This document shows, piece by piece, positions 49,909 through 58,769 of a DNA stretch of 64,000 nt. The stretch is from Candidatus Nomurabacteria bacterium (GTDB lineage Bacteria; Patescibacteriota; Dojkabacteria; SC72; JAHDCA01), in NCBI GenBank assembly GCA_020632395.1, contig JACKFQ010000001.1, forward strand, positions 377,900 to 441,899, read 5' to 3'. Below the pieces are notes generated by a model, which worked only from the letters and a program-made list of their open reading frames with translations, ran no database searches and had not been told where the DNA came from. A program made the translations under genes and the position numbers. The first letter of the stretch is position 1; every line of letters begins with the position of its first letter.

Positions 49909-51396
49909 TCAGTTGTTTTTCGGCTCATCCCCACTCTTCTTTGACTCATCACCACTTTCCAGATATTTTCGTGCCTTTGAAAGTAGTTGCTCTTTTGTGT
50001 TGATCAACGGATCGTCCAACACCCTCTCGAGGAGATAATCCAGTACTCTTCCAACATTTGGACCGGCTTTCACACCCATTTTCAGGAGATCATTTCCGTC
50101 TATTGCTAGATCCTTTACCTTCAAGGCCATGTCATACTGTCTTACCTCTGAGATACGATGCTGAAGTAGTTGTATTTCTTCAGGGTTAAAGGCAGATTTT
50201 GGATTTGAAGTGGCGTCAGCAATTCTGAGAGCGAAAAGATCTTCGATATTCTCCTCACCTACTCTAGCTATAAAGCGTCTAACAGCTGCATCAGACCATT
50301 CATGTTCTTTGATGTATTCGATCTCGGCTTCACTCATACCCTCTTCTGCATGAGGATAGTAGAACATATGATTCATCACCAATAATTGAGTTCGCTTGAT
50401 ATCTGCTTTTGAAAATTTCATCCTCTGCATGATCTCTCCGGTCATTTTGGAGCCTTCTTTATCATGACCATAAAAATGCCCATCACCCATATCACACCTT
50501 GGTTTTGCGATATCATGAAGAAGTGCAGCTAGCTTGATATTATCGGGTGCCACATCAACAGTTCTCAATGAATGCCAATAAACATCATCAGCGTGGTAAA
50601 CCTTCTGTTCTACACCATATCCTTCTAGTAATTCAGGTAGAAAGATCTCTAATAAACCTGTCTTTCTCATCAGATCGATACCTACAGATGGTTTAGAAGA
50701 ATTAAGTAGCATTTTCATAAATTCATCACGGATACGCTCCATCGATACAAGCTTAGCTACAGGGATGGCTTTCTTTATCGCTTGCAATGTTTCTGTCTCT
50801 ATCTCGAATCCTAGTTGTGCTGCCATTCGACACGCTTTGTATGCACGCAGACCATCCTCCTTGAATCGCTCTAACGGTGTCCCAACAGCTCGAACAAGCT
50901 TATGATCCAGATCCCTCAATCCGCCAAATGGATCGTATAGATCCCACTGCTGGATCTTATCTGAACCATCTAGACTACCTTGAGTTAGATCTACTGCCAT
51001 TGCATTGAAAGTAAAATCCCGTCTACCTAGATCCCTATCGATATCCTCGATGAACTTCACTTCGGTAGGCCATCTTCCATCAACATATTTTTCTTCACTA
51101 CGGAAAGTAGTTACCTGTACCTCTTCTATCTCTCCGAACTTATCGGGGATCAAAGCTGAGATCATGCCAAACTTTGCCCCAGTGGAAACGCTTTTAGGGA
51201 AAATATTTAGCATTTTATCTGGTTTTGCGTTAGTTGCCAGATCCCAATCATCCGGCTTGATCCCAAGAACCACATCCCTTAACGCTCCACCAACCAAATG
51301 TACTTGGAACCCTTCTTTATGCAACATCCTCGTGACTTTCTGAACATAGTCTGGTAGTGCAAATGAGATTGTGGATTTCTTATCTTTGTGAAGCAT
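49909..51396 (-). CDS. cca: CCA-adding tRNA nucleotidyltransferase with HD domain
   Basis: Pol-beta NTase motif VGGALRD, HD motif ALLHDIAKP; 495 aa. Confidence 0.85.
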   Translation of the reverse strand: MLHKDKKSTISFALPDYVQKVTRMLHKEGFQVHLVGGALRDVVLGIKPDDWDLATNAKPDKMLNIFPKSVSTGAKFGMISALIPDKFGEIEEVQVTTFRSEEKYVDGRWPTEVKFIEDIDRDLGRRDFTFNAMAVDLTQGSLDGSDKIQQWDLYDPFGGLRDLDHKLVRAVGTPLERFKEDGLRAYKACRMAAQLGFEIETETLQAIKKAIPVAKLVSMERIRDEFMKMLLNSSKPSVGIDLMRKTGLLEIFLPELLEGYGVEQKVYHADDVYWHSLRTVDVAPDNIKLAALLHDIAKPRCDMGDGHFYGHDKEGSKMTGEIMQRMKFSKADIKRTQLLVMNHMFYYPHAEEGMSEAEIEYIKEHEWSDAAVRRFIARVGEENIEDLFALRIADATSNPKSAFNPEEIQLLQHRISEVRQYDMALKVKDLAIDGNDLLKMGVKAGPNVGRVLDYLLERVLDDPLINTKEQLLSKARKYLESGDESKKSGDEPKNN

Positions 51397-51404
51397 TGTA
51401 TGTG

Positions 51405-52841
51405 TTAGATCTTAACAATGTAGACTAGCGTGAGTATACCCACAAACATAGTTATCAGAAAGATCTTTGCGATCTTACTTCTAAAGTAGTTATCCCCACT
51501 GATCGATGCAAATAGAACTTTTACCAAAAGGTTTACACATGCGGCTACTACCATTACTGTCACTCCGATATTCACTGTGATATCTGTGCCAACTAATGTA
51601 GCTGCTGTGACTGTAATAGCATCTAATCCAGACATTGCCGCGATCATAGAGGAGAGCAAAAAGCCCGAATCACCTATATAGTACAAAGTCACCTTTGAGA
51701 TGGTGATCACTGAAAGGTAAAGCAGTCCGAAAGCAAGAGCAGGACCAGGTGTGAACGGTGATTTGAAGTTTATACCCAACTCCTCGGGTGTTGATCCTTT
51801 TGGTGTCTTTCTGCTTGTTGAGGTGAATTTTTTAATATTTATAAGTGTCACAGAAAGCAATAAGGTCAATCCCATCAATGAGAATGGAAGGAAAAGTGCT
51901 GAACCCAATGCAAAATTCAACAGGATCGCAACAAAGATCTCTCTCATGAAGCTCGTTAGATTAGCCAGAATAGCAGCGGTGAGGAATGTTTGTTTCGAAC
52001 CGATATCAGTTGCTGCCCTGCTATGACGAGCCATCGCCTCAGTAACAGCGGTACTAGAGACTAGACCACCTAGTAGGCCTACCATATTCACACCTTTATC
52101 TTTGCCTAATGCTTTAGATGCAAAATATCCTATGAAATTTAACCCTAGTACCAGAACAATTATTGCCCAGATGTGACTGGGATTAAATATTCTTGTCGCC
52201 TCAAGGAAATCCTGTGACAATATCTTTTGAAATAGATCTCCAAATATCGGTATATCTGCTGGTCCATACAAACGATTAGGCATAAATGGCATGATCACCG
52301 AGGTGAAAAGCACAAATTTTATCGTAGCAAGTACTTCATCTCTAGAGAATTTTGAGATGATGACTCTAACTTGAGATTTCATCGAAAGAACCACTGCATC
52401 TAGGACTGCGATCAATACGATTATCTTGGTTGGGATGTCTGTAGCAAAAAGCAGCAATGAAAGTACAAAGTTCAGTATCAAACTGATCTCGGTCGTTAGA
52501 CCAAAAGCATTTTTATCAAAGTAGTTCAAAACAAATGCAATATGGATGAACAGTATGAACCCTCCGGTCGTCAGCCAAACTACTGGATACACTCCATTTA
52601 GATAAGCTAAACCTGTCACAGCACCTAGAACCGAAACCAAAACGTATGTTCTAACACCACCTAGATTTGAAGACGGAATAGCAGCGGTGATAAATGAAAA
52701 TTTTTTTGAGGCTTCTCTTGTCTTACGATTCAGATCCTTGAGGTCTTCTTTATCTTTCCAACTTTCATCCCTTTCCAATCCCATCAATGCACCAAGACTG
52801 ATGACTAGCAAGAACTTTATTAGGGCAGTATTCAGATCCAT
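51405..52841 (-). CDS. MgtC/SapB-family N-terminal domain plus DUF4010-like polytopic membrane protein
   Basis: GALMGLERDE and GGVRTYVLVSVLGA match MgtC N-terminal blocks; about 10 TM. Confidence 0.55.
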   Translation of the reverse strand: MDLNTALIKFLLVISLGALMGLERDESWKDKEDLKDLNRKTREASKKFSFITAAIPSSNLGGVRTYVLVSVLGAVTGLAYLNGVYPVVWLTTGGFILFIHIAFVLNYFDKNAFGLTTEISLILNFVLSLLLFATDIPTKIIVLIAVLDAVVLSMKSQVRVIISKFSRDEVLATIKFVLFTSVIMPFMPNRLYGPADIPIFGDLFQKILSQDFLEATRIFNPSHIWAIIVLVLGLNFIGYFASKALGKDKGVNMVGLLGGLVSSTAVTEAMARHSRAATDIGSKQTFLTAAILANLTSFMREIFVAILLNFALGSALFLPFSLMGLTLLLSVTLINIKKFTSTSRKTPKGSTPEELGINFKSPFTPGPALAFGLLYLSVITISKVTLYYIGDSGFLLSSMIAAMSGLDAITVTAATLVGTDITVNIGVTVMVVAACVNLLVKVLFASISGDNYFRSKIAKIFLITMFVGILTLVYIVKI

Positions 52842-52951
52842 AGATGATAATCTAGAACATAATTATTCACTTAAGCATATCTACAATACATAGTACAAAA
52901 CAAAGAGTTGAGTAGCAACTGTGTGAAACAGATAGATATCAAGAGCTAAAT

Positions 52952-53932
52952 TCAAAGATCAAATGGTTTCACTACATAATTCTCCATCTCAATGACATCT
53001 TCACTCTCCCTTTTATCCATACATACTACAGAGAACATCGTCTGCCCTACCCTTATGAGATTTGTAGGCCAAATCGAAAAGATTACCCCGTCTTTTGGAG
53101 CGGTTATTGGTAATGTGGTCGAACCTACAGGATCATAGATCGAAGCTACCAGATCACCTTTAGTAACAGTACTACCCAAACCCACCTCAAACCGAATGAT
53201 CCCCGCATGTTTTGTCTGAACAATATCTCTATGTCTAACCACATACTGTTTTGTGGGCATCTCCATTTCACCATCAAGAAATCTATTTCCGACCAACACA
53301 TTCTTCACCCCTCTCAAAATGATCTGTGCAGCATCATGATGGATGATCTGTGATCCACCAGTCTCGACTGTTATCACAGGGGTATTGTGTTTATCATTCA
53401 GATATACTGCCATCATGTTTCTCTGTCCTTCACGTTCCAGGATAAATTCAGTACCAAAAACTTGTGCTAGACTGCGTGAGCATGAAACACAATCATCCTC
53501 ATCACTCAGGTGGATCCGGGCATGAGGTATGAACTGGGCCCCATAACCGGCATCATGCAGATCGATACCCATGGCACATTGTGATAGCACCTCTGTAAGG
53601 GTAGTTGCCATCAGAGTGGAGAGACTCCCTTTCCGTAGACCAAATTGTCGATTCAGATCTTTTGTATCCTCAGGCACAGTTCTTGTGCCACTCTGAAAGC
53701 CATGAGGATTCAGCACAGGAAATACCAATACTTTACCATTCAACTTCTTTGTTATCTCTGATCTGTTGAACCACTGCATGATGCGATTGACACCATGTAT
53801 CCCATTTACTTCATCTCCATGTATTCCCGCAGTGATAAAAATATCTCCAGTCCCTTTAGATCTACCGAATGTAAAGTAAGGGATAACGACTGTATGTCTA
53901 CCTTTGCTGATTGTAAGCCTCTTCTTTTCCAT
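52952..53932 (-). CDS. Succinylglutamate desuccinylase/aspartoacylase (AstE/AspA) family zinc hydrolase
   Basis: FITAGIHGDEVNG zinc-binding HxxE motif; 326 aa. Confidence 0.7.
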   Translation of the reverse strand: MEKKRLTISKGRHTVVIPYFTFGRSKGTGDIFITAGIHGDEVNGIHGVNRIMQWFNRSEITKKLNGKVLVFPVLNPHGFQSGTRTVPEDTKDLNRQFGLRKGSLSTLMATTLTEVLSQCAMGIDLHDAGYGAQFIPHARIHLSDEDDCVSCSRSLAQVFGTEFILEREGQRNMMAVYLNDKHNTPVITVETGGSQIIHHDAAQIILRGVKNVLVGNRFLDGEMEMPTKQYVVRHRDIVQTKHAGIIRFEVGLGSTVTKGDLVASIYDPVGSTTLPITAPKDGVIFSIWPTNLIRVGQTMFSVVCMDKRESEDVIEMENYVVKPFDL

Positions 53933-53981
53933 ATATCCTTAGACTATACTTATAGGAGATCTATTTCAACCATTTAAAAAT

Positions 53982-54923
53982 ATGCTGGGTTGTTCAAGAA
54001 TAATAAACCTGCTTTTTACTATTACATTAGTTGTATTACTGGGTGTCGTGACTTGGGCCGAGATATATACCAGGTCTACGGTTTCCTTGATATCAGATAG
54101 AGAGGTTGTAAAGGGTTGGATGAGAGACGAAAAAGGTCAAGAGGCGTTTCTAGGTTTCATTATTGAGAATACCTATGCTGAGGATAGCAAGGGTATAGTC
54201 GAAAACGTTATCACAAAAGATGAATACAGGTCGCTTGTCGACGAACAGATATCCAAAGAAGAGCTCGCAAAACTTTCAGATAACACGATAGACCAGCTAT
54301 ATGATTGGCTTGAAGGGAAAGAAGATATCCCTTCGATAGACTTGCTCGATTCAGAATCTGGGATCGACCTAAGTTTTATCGACAACATACTTGAAGACAA
54401 GCTCGGTGAGCTAAGCAAGGTTGTAGATTCACGAGATATCATATTCTTAACCTCCAAACTAAATATAATTGATACAGAACAGGTCGACCTTGCTAAAATG
54501 CCGGAATTATACTCTGCTCTTCTAGCCCTACCGGATAAGTTGCTAATTGCCGGTTTGATAATATCAGTGATCATAATCCTATCACTTCGTTCCTTGAGAG
54601 CAGGTTTACTGTTGGTCGGTGTAGCGATCGGGTTCTCGGGTTCAATATTCCTATTTGAACAAAGCAACACTCTTGTACATGAGGTCCTTGGCTCAAAATA
54701 TTTCCCATTAGATCTTCCATCTGCCGAACAGATACCCGGTTTCCTACGAACATTATGGGATATCGCTTCTGAAGACATACTTCAGATCGCTCGCAAATAC
54801 GCAATATTTGCAATGGCAGGCGGTGTTGGTATAGCGGTCGGGTCGCAATTAGCTATCAGTGAGCGTGTTGTTGATGATGAGGATGACGAGGACGAGGATG
54901 ACGATGACGATGAAGAGAATTAG
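53982..54923 (+). CDS. Hypothetical membrane protein with poly-acidic C-terminal tail (DDEDDEDEDDDDDEEN)
   Basis: N-terminal signal-anchor, two C-terminal TM helices, terminal acidic run. Confidence 0.5.
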   Translation: MLGCSRIINLLFTITLVVLLGVVTWAEIYTRSTVSLISDREVVKGWMRDEKGQEAFLGFIIENTYAEDSKGIVENVITKDEYRSLVDEQISKEELAKLSDNTIDQLYDWLEGKEDIPSIDLLDSESGIDLSFIDNILEDKLGELSKVVDSRDIIFLTSKLNIIDTEQVDLAKMPELYSALLALPDKLLIAGLIISVIIILSLRSLRAGLLLVGVAIGFSGSIFLFEQSNTLVHEVLGSKYFPLDLPSAEQIPGFLRTLWDIASEDILQIARKYAIFAMAGGVGIAVGSQLAISERVVDDEDDEDEDDDDDEEN

Positions 54924-54988
54924 ATCCCTGTGGTGCATTGTTCTCGATGGAGTCTAGATCCCTATGGTGCACTGTTCTCGATGGAGTA
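54921..54988. repeat. Two tandem 34-bp repeats containing palindromic GGAGTCTAGATCC element; third degenerate copy at 55104-55128
   Basis: tagatccctgtggtgcattgttctcgatggagtc then tagatccctatggtgcactgttctcgatggagta; lies in a convergent intergenic region. Confidence 0.7.
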
Positions 54989-55130
54989 TCAATCTCTGCG
55001 CCAGATACCAGATAGATATTCTTACTTTTCTGGATCTCCAAGATATCTGATTCCTGTGGTGCCTGAATCCCTGCAATGTTTACTCTCTGAGGTGTCTGAA
55101 CCCCTAAGGAGTCTAGATCTCGGTGATGCC

Positions 55131-56303
55131 CTACTCTCCGATAATATACAATTCGCTCTCAGCTCGAGTTACTGCTGTATAAAGCCATCTTCTCCACATA
55201 TCATCATCCATCTGTTTGAATCGCTCCTCAAACAGTACTACTTTTGGAGCCTGACTCCCTTGTGCCTTGTGTACTGTTATTGCATACCCAAAATCGAACA
55301 GATCACCATCTATAGTTTTTCTTCTATCCTGAGTATGGTTCAAACTTTCGGGATTGTTGAATTGTTCTTTACTCATTAGCCCCTTGAACTTAACTGCATT
55401 TTCGCCAAAATCAACTTTTCCGTAATACCAATCCTCATCCTCAGAACGAATATCTGTAATAGTACCTATCATGCCATTGTATATTCCTAATGCGTGATTG
55501 TTTCTCAAACAGATCACCCTATCACCTGGTTCTGGGTATGGGGAGTTCAGATCAAATAATTTTCGTATACCACCGTTCAATCGGGTCCTTGTATTATTGT
55601 AACCACACAAAACTAGCATATCATCACTCCATGACATAAATAGGTCTTCCACGAATTGTCCTGTTTCACTCTCACGTTTTGATAATTTCCTGACAGTATC
55701 TGAATAGTTCTTTACAGGGATCCTACCTTCTTGTCTTGCTAATAAAGAAAGCTGGATTATCGGATTTCCTTCAGCCTGTCTGTGTATCTCTTGGAGTTTC
55801 AACATCGGCTCCTGCATGAGTGCGAACTTACCCCTGATCGGAGGTAGCTGACCATGATCACCTACTGCGAGAATTGGTATACCAAAAGAAAGGAGGTCGT
55901 TCCAGATGATATCATCTACCATAGAGGCTTCATCTATGATGACCAGATCACATGTCAAATTCTCCTTCTTTTCCCATCCTACGATCTCTTCCCTATCATT
56001 TACAACCGGCGAATAGATCAACGAATGGATAGTAGAAACAGTATCTAAAGGATGTATTGCACCTTCTATCCGCAACTTTTCCTGTAACACCATCGCGGCT
56101 TTACCTGTGTAGCTACAGAAGCATACTTTCAACTTTGAATTCTCTTTATCCAACCGACTACGTAGGATAGATATCAGAGTTGTCTTACCTGTGCCTGCAT
56201 ATCCTCCAATAGTCAGAAACCCGTTGTTTTTCGAACCTACCCATGAGAGCGAGGAATCGAGCACTATTTTTTGATCATTTGAGAGTTGTATTTCATCTTT
56301 CAT
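55131..56303 (-). CDS. Small SF1B helicase, RecD/Dda/Pif1-like (AAA_30 + UvrD_C_2)
   Basis: Walker A GYAGTGKTT, Walker B VIIDEASMV, motif V ITVHKAQGSQ, motif VI YTAVTRAESELYII; 390 aa. Confidence 0.8.
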   Translation of the reverse strand: MKDEIQLSNDQKIVLDSSLSWVGSKNNGFLTIGGYAGTGKTTLISILRSRLDKENSKLKVCFCSYTGKAAMVLQEKLRIEGAIHPLDTVSTIHSLIYSPVVNDREEIVGWEKKENLTCDLVIIDEASMVDDIIWNDLLSFGIPILAVGDHGQLPPIRGKFALMQEPMLKLQEIHRQAEGNPIIQLSLLARQEGRIPVKNYSDTVRKLSKRESETGQFVEDLFMSWSDDMLVLCGYNNTRTRLNGGIRKLFDLNSPYPEPGDRVICLRNNHALGIYNGMIGTITDIRSEDEDWYYGKVDFGENAVKFKGLMSKEQFNNPESLNHTQDRRKTIDGDLFDFGYAITVHKAQGSQAPKVVLFEERFKQMDDDMWRRWLYTAVTRAESELYIIGE

Positions 56304-56809
56304 TCCAGATGAGTTATACCATATGTTTTACCTTGTGGGTGTTGGAATAGAAAATTTCGCGGAGGATAGTATGTCCAAAGCATGAACATTATGAGAATTA
56401 TGAACAATGCAGAGGACGAACTCCAGATCGGTAACAGCAGAACTTCCTCTTGGTATAGATAAACTTGAGCGAATTGACCTGCAAACACAGCTATGAAATA
56501 AAGTGTGATATCAAACAGTAGAACACTCCGGTGTGTAAATATCTGATAGAAGTAGAAAATGAGAGGAATAATTACCATAGCTAACAATGTACCCCACAGA
56601 TAGGATGAGACTAATTTGGAGATATCATCGGTATCATACAGATTGAAGAACATCAGAAGCATAAATGGAAAATATACAAGTTTCAGATGCTCCCAAGTAC
56701 TCTCATTTACCGGGGTGAACCTTCCGACAAATCGATTGTATCTCGTCAATTCGAAAACAAAATGAAGAGCCGACCCGATCAGACCGATGATCACAGCCTG
56801 TATCCACAT
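56300..56809 (-). CDS. Small polytopic membrane protein (about 5 TM), 4-nt overlap with helicase gene
   Basis: Hydrophobic helices; ATGA overlap implies a co-operon. Confidence 0.5.
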   Translation of the reverse strand: MWIQAVIIGLIGSALHFVFELTRYNRFVGRFTPVNESTWEHLKLVYFPFMLLMFFNLYDTDDISKLVSSYLWGTLLAMVIIPLIFYFYQIFTHRSVLLFDITLYFIAVFAGQFAQVYLYQEEVLLLPIWSSSSALFIILIMFMLWTYYPPRNFLFQHPQGKTYGITHLE

Positions 56810-56847
56810 ATCTCTGATCTAATGAATTAAACTAATTATGCTCATAT

Positions 56848-58446
56848 CTAATATGAATAGTATGAGCTAGCATTATAAAGCGATTGTATCTCAGGTATAG
56901 AAACCGGAGGATCGCTACTGAACTCTACACCGGTCGTCATGAACGAAGCCATACACTCCTCTGTACAAGCCTCAATTGTTTCATAAACGTAAAGATCCTC
57001 AGATACCCATACACCATGTACTGCATCTTCTACAACCCTTCTAGAAGATCCATCTGAGAGGTCCAAGACCCAAACTTCAGGTGAAGTACTGCTCATATCT
57101 ACTGTATACAAAACCTTCTCTGTCCCTTGTAACACATACGGGTCGAATGCTGATTGTCCAACTGGTGTTACAGATACTGCTTCATTAGTTCTGAGATCTA
57201 TAGTCATCAAACCATCTCCAGACTTATAGATCAACCTATCCGTATCTATCCACTCTGGGTGAGTAGAGTTCTCGATCATTATTCTTGAAAGGTCAGAAGT
57301 GTCATACACATAGATCGTGAAATCCATCGAACTTCTAAGCGAAGATGTACTTATATCATAGAACCTAGTTCCATCATTATTAAATCGCATTGTTTGATCA
57401 TCATCCTCGAAGCCACCTCTACCATAAACTTCACCATCCGTAACCTCATCAGCTACTTCAACTGAAACGCCATCCACATAATAAACAGTAAGTACTGTGG
57501 TTTCTGCTACATACACATATGTATCAGGATCGAAAAAATCATACTCCATCATGAACTCATCAGGACCAAGCTCACGTACCGTATTAAGAGATCCAGACTC
57601 AAGATCGTAGGTATACAGAGCACAACCAAAATCATCGGTGACAGTCTCACAGCTTCCAAAGCCTATTGTTCCAATATCTATCACATCGATCCTCCCTACA
57701 TTCATTACATCTTCAGAATTATCCACTAGAAGTTGTTCTGCACCTGTGTCGAAATCATATGAGTAAATATCATAATCCTTAATATAAAATAGCATTGTAG
57801 GCAGAGGATCTTCTTCGACCACATCATCTACTACCTCTGCATCCTCACCATCAGTAATATCTGTATCGTCATCAATTCCTTCTGGAGATTCGTCTTCTGT
57901 AATTTGTTGATCGTTTCCATCATTATCATCAGTATCACGGCTAGTACCAAACCAATACGCTAGAATCCCTATAACGGCGATCAAGATCAGGAAAGTAAGT
58001 GCTAACAGTAACTTCGAGATAAATTTGTTACTTTTTTGTACTGTAGTACCTTGAATTTCTGAGGAGGTCTTTTCTGACGAATGGTCGAGATCATTCGCAT
58101 TGATCTTACCTGTCGAAACTTTGATGTTCGGATCGTTATCTATTGAGGCTTCGGTATCATTGGTCGGTCTTGCTGTATTTGTGGATCGGGGGTTATTTAT
58201 TTCTGTCGTGCCAATTGTTCCGTTGGTATCGTTAGCATCGGTTGGATCTACTGTGCTGTTCATCTCACTACTTCCGTTTACAGGATCGATACTTTGTGGA
58301 AGAGGCTCCTTGCCTTCCAATGGCTTTTGAGCATTACTCTCATCAGATGGAATAGGGGGTGTTTTAGCGGTATCCATAATATCCTCCAAGGTTACCTTAA
58401 TAGGAAATATTAACATAATTACATCAGGTGTTGTAGCAAGTGACAC
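56848..58446 (-). CDS. Membrane-anchored protein with extracytoplasmic TolB-like beta-propeller-like domain
   Basis: Ser/Thr/Asp-rich N-terminus, one TM (LLLALTFLILIAVIGILAYWF), then about 350 aa of Y/D-rich beta-repeat sequence resembling PD40 repeats. Confidence 0.5.
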   Translation of the reverse strand: MSLATTPDVIMLIFPIKVTLEDIMDTAKTPPIPSDESNAQKPLEGKEPLPQSIDPVNGSSEMNSTVDPTDANDTNGTIGTTEINNPRSTNTARPTNDTEASIDNDPNIKVSTGKINANDLDHSSEKTSSEIQGTTVQKSNKFISKLLLALTFLILIAVIGILAYWFGTSRDTDDNDGNDQQITEDESPEGIDDDTDITDGEDAEVVDDVVEEDPLPTMLFYIKDYDIYSYDFDTGAEQLLVDNSEDVMNVGRIDVIDIGTIGFGSCETVTDDFGCALYTYDLESGSLNTVRELGPDEFMMEYDFFDPDTYVYVAETTVLTVYYVDGVSVEVADEVTDGEVYGRGGFEDDDQTMRFNNDGTRFYDISTSSLRSSMDFTIYVYDTSDLSRIMIENSTHPEWIDTDRLIYKSGDGLMTIDLRTNEAVSVTPVGQSAFDPYVLQGTEKVLYTVDMSSTSPEVWVLDLSDGSSRRVVEDAVHGVWVSEDLYVYETIEACTEECMASFMTTGVEFSSDPPVSIPEIQSLYNASSYYSY

Positions 58447-58769
58447 AAGAATATCTGAATGAAGAAGATGTGATTCCTATTTTTTGTCGGGATGACAGTC
58501 GAAATCATTAACTCGATTGACACAAAACACCTTTCCCTAGGAATCTTAGCATCTAATATAGCTCTGAAATAGGAAATAACCGCATATACTCTTGTAGTCA
58601 TATGTTTACATCTTCAGATCGTACAAAAAACAAGTAAATTCACTAAACTATATAGACAGTCACACGATACAAGAATACACAATGGGCTGGTTTATAGGTG
58701 TTGTAAAAACAACCTAACTACATATATAATACATATATCTCATCAGGTAGTAACTTTTCAAGCGATCAT

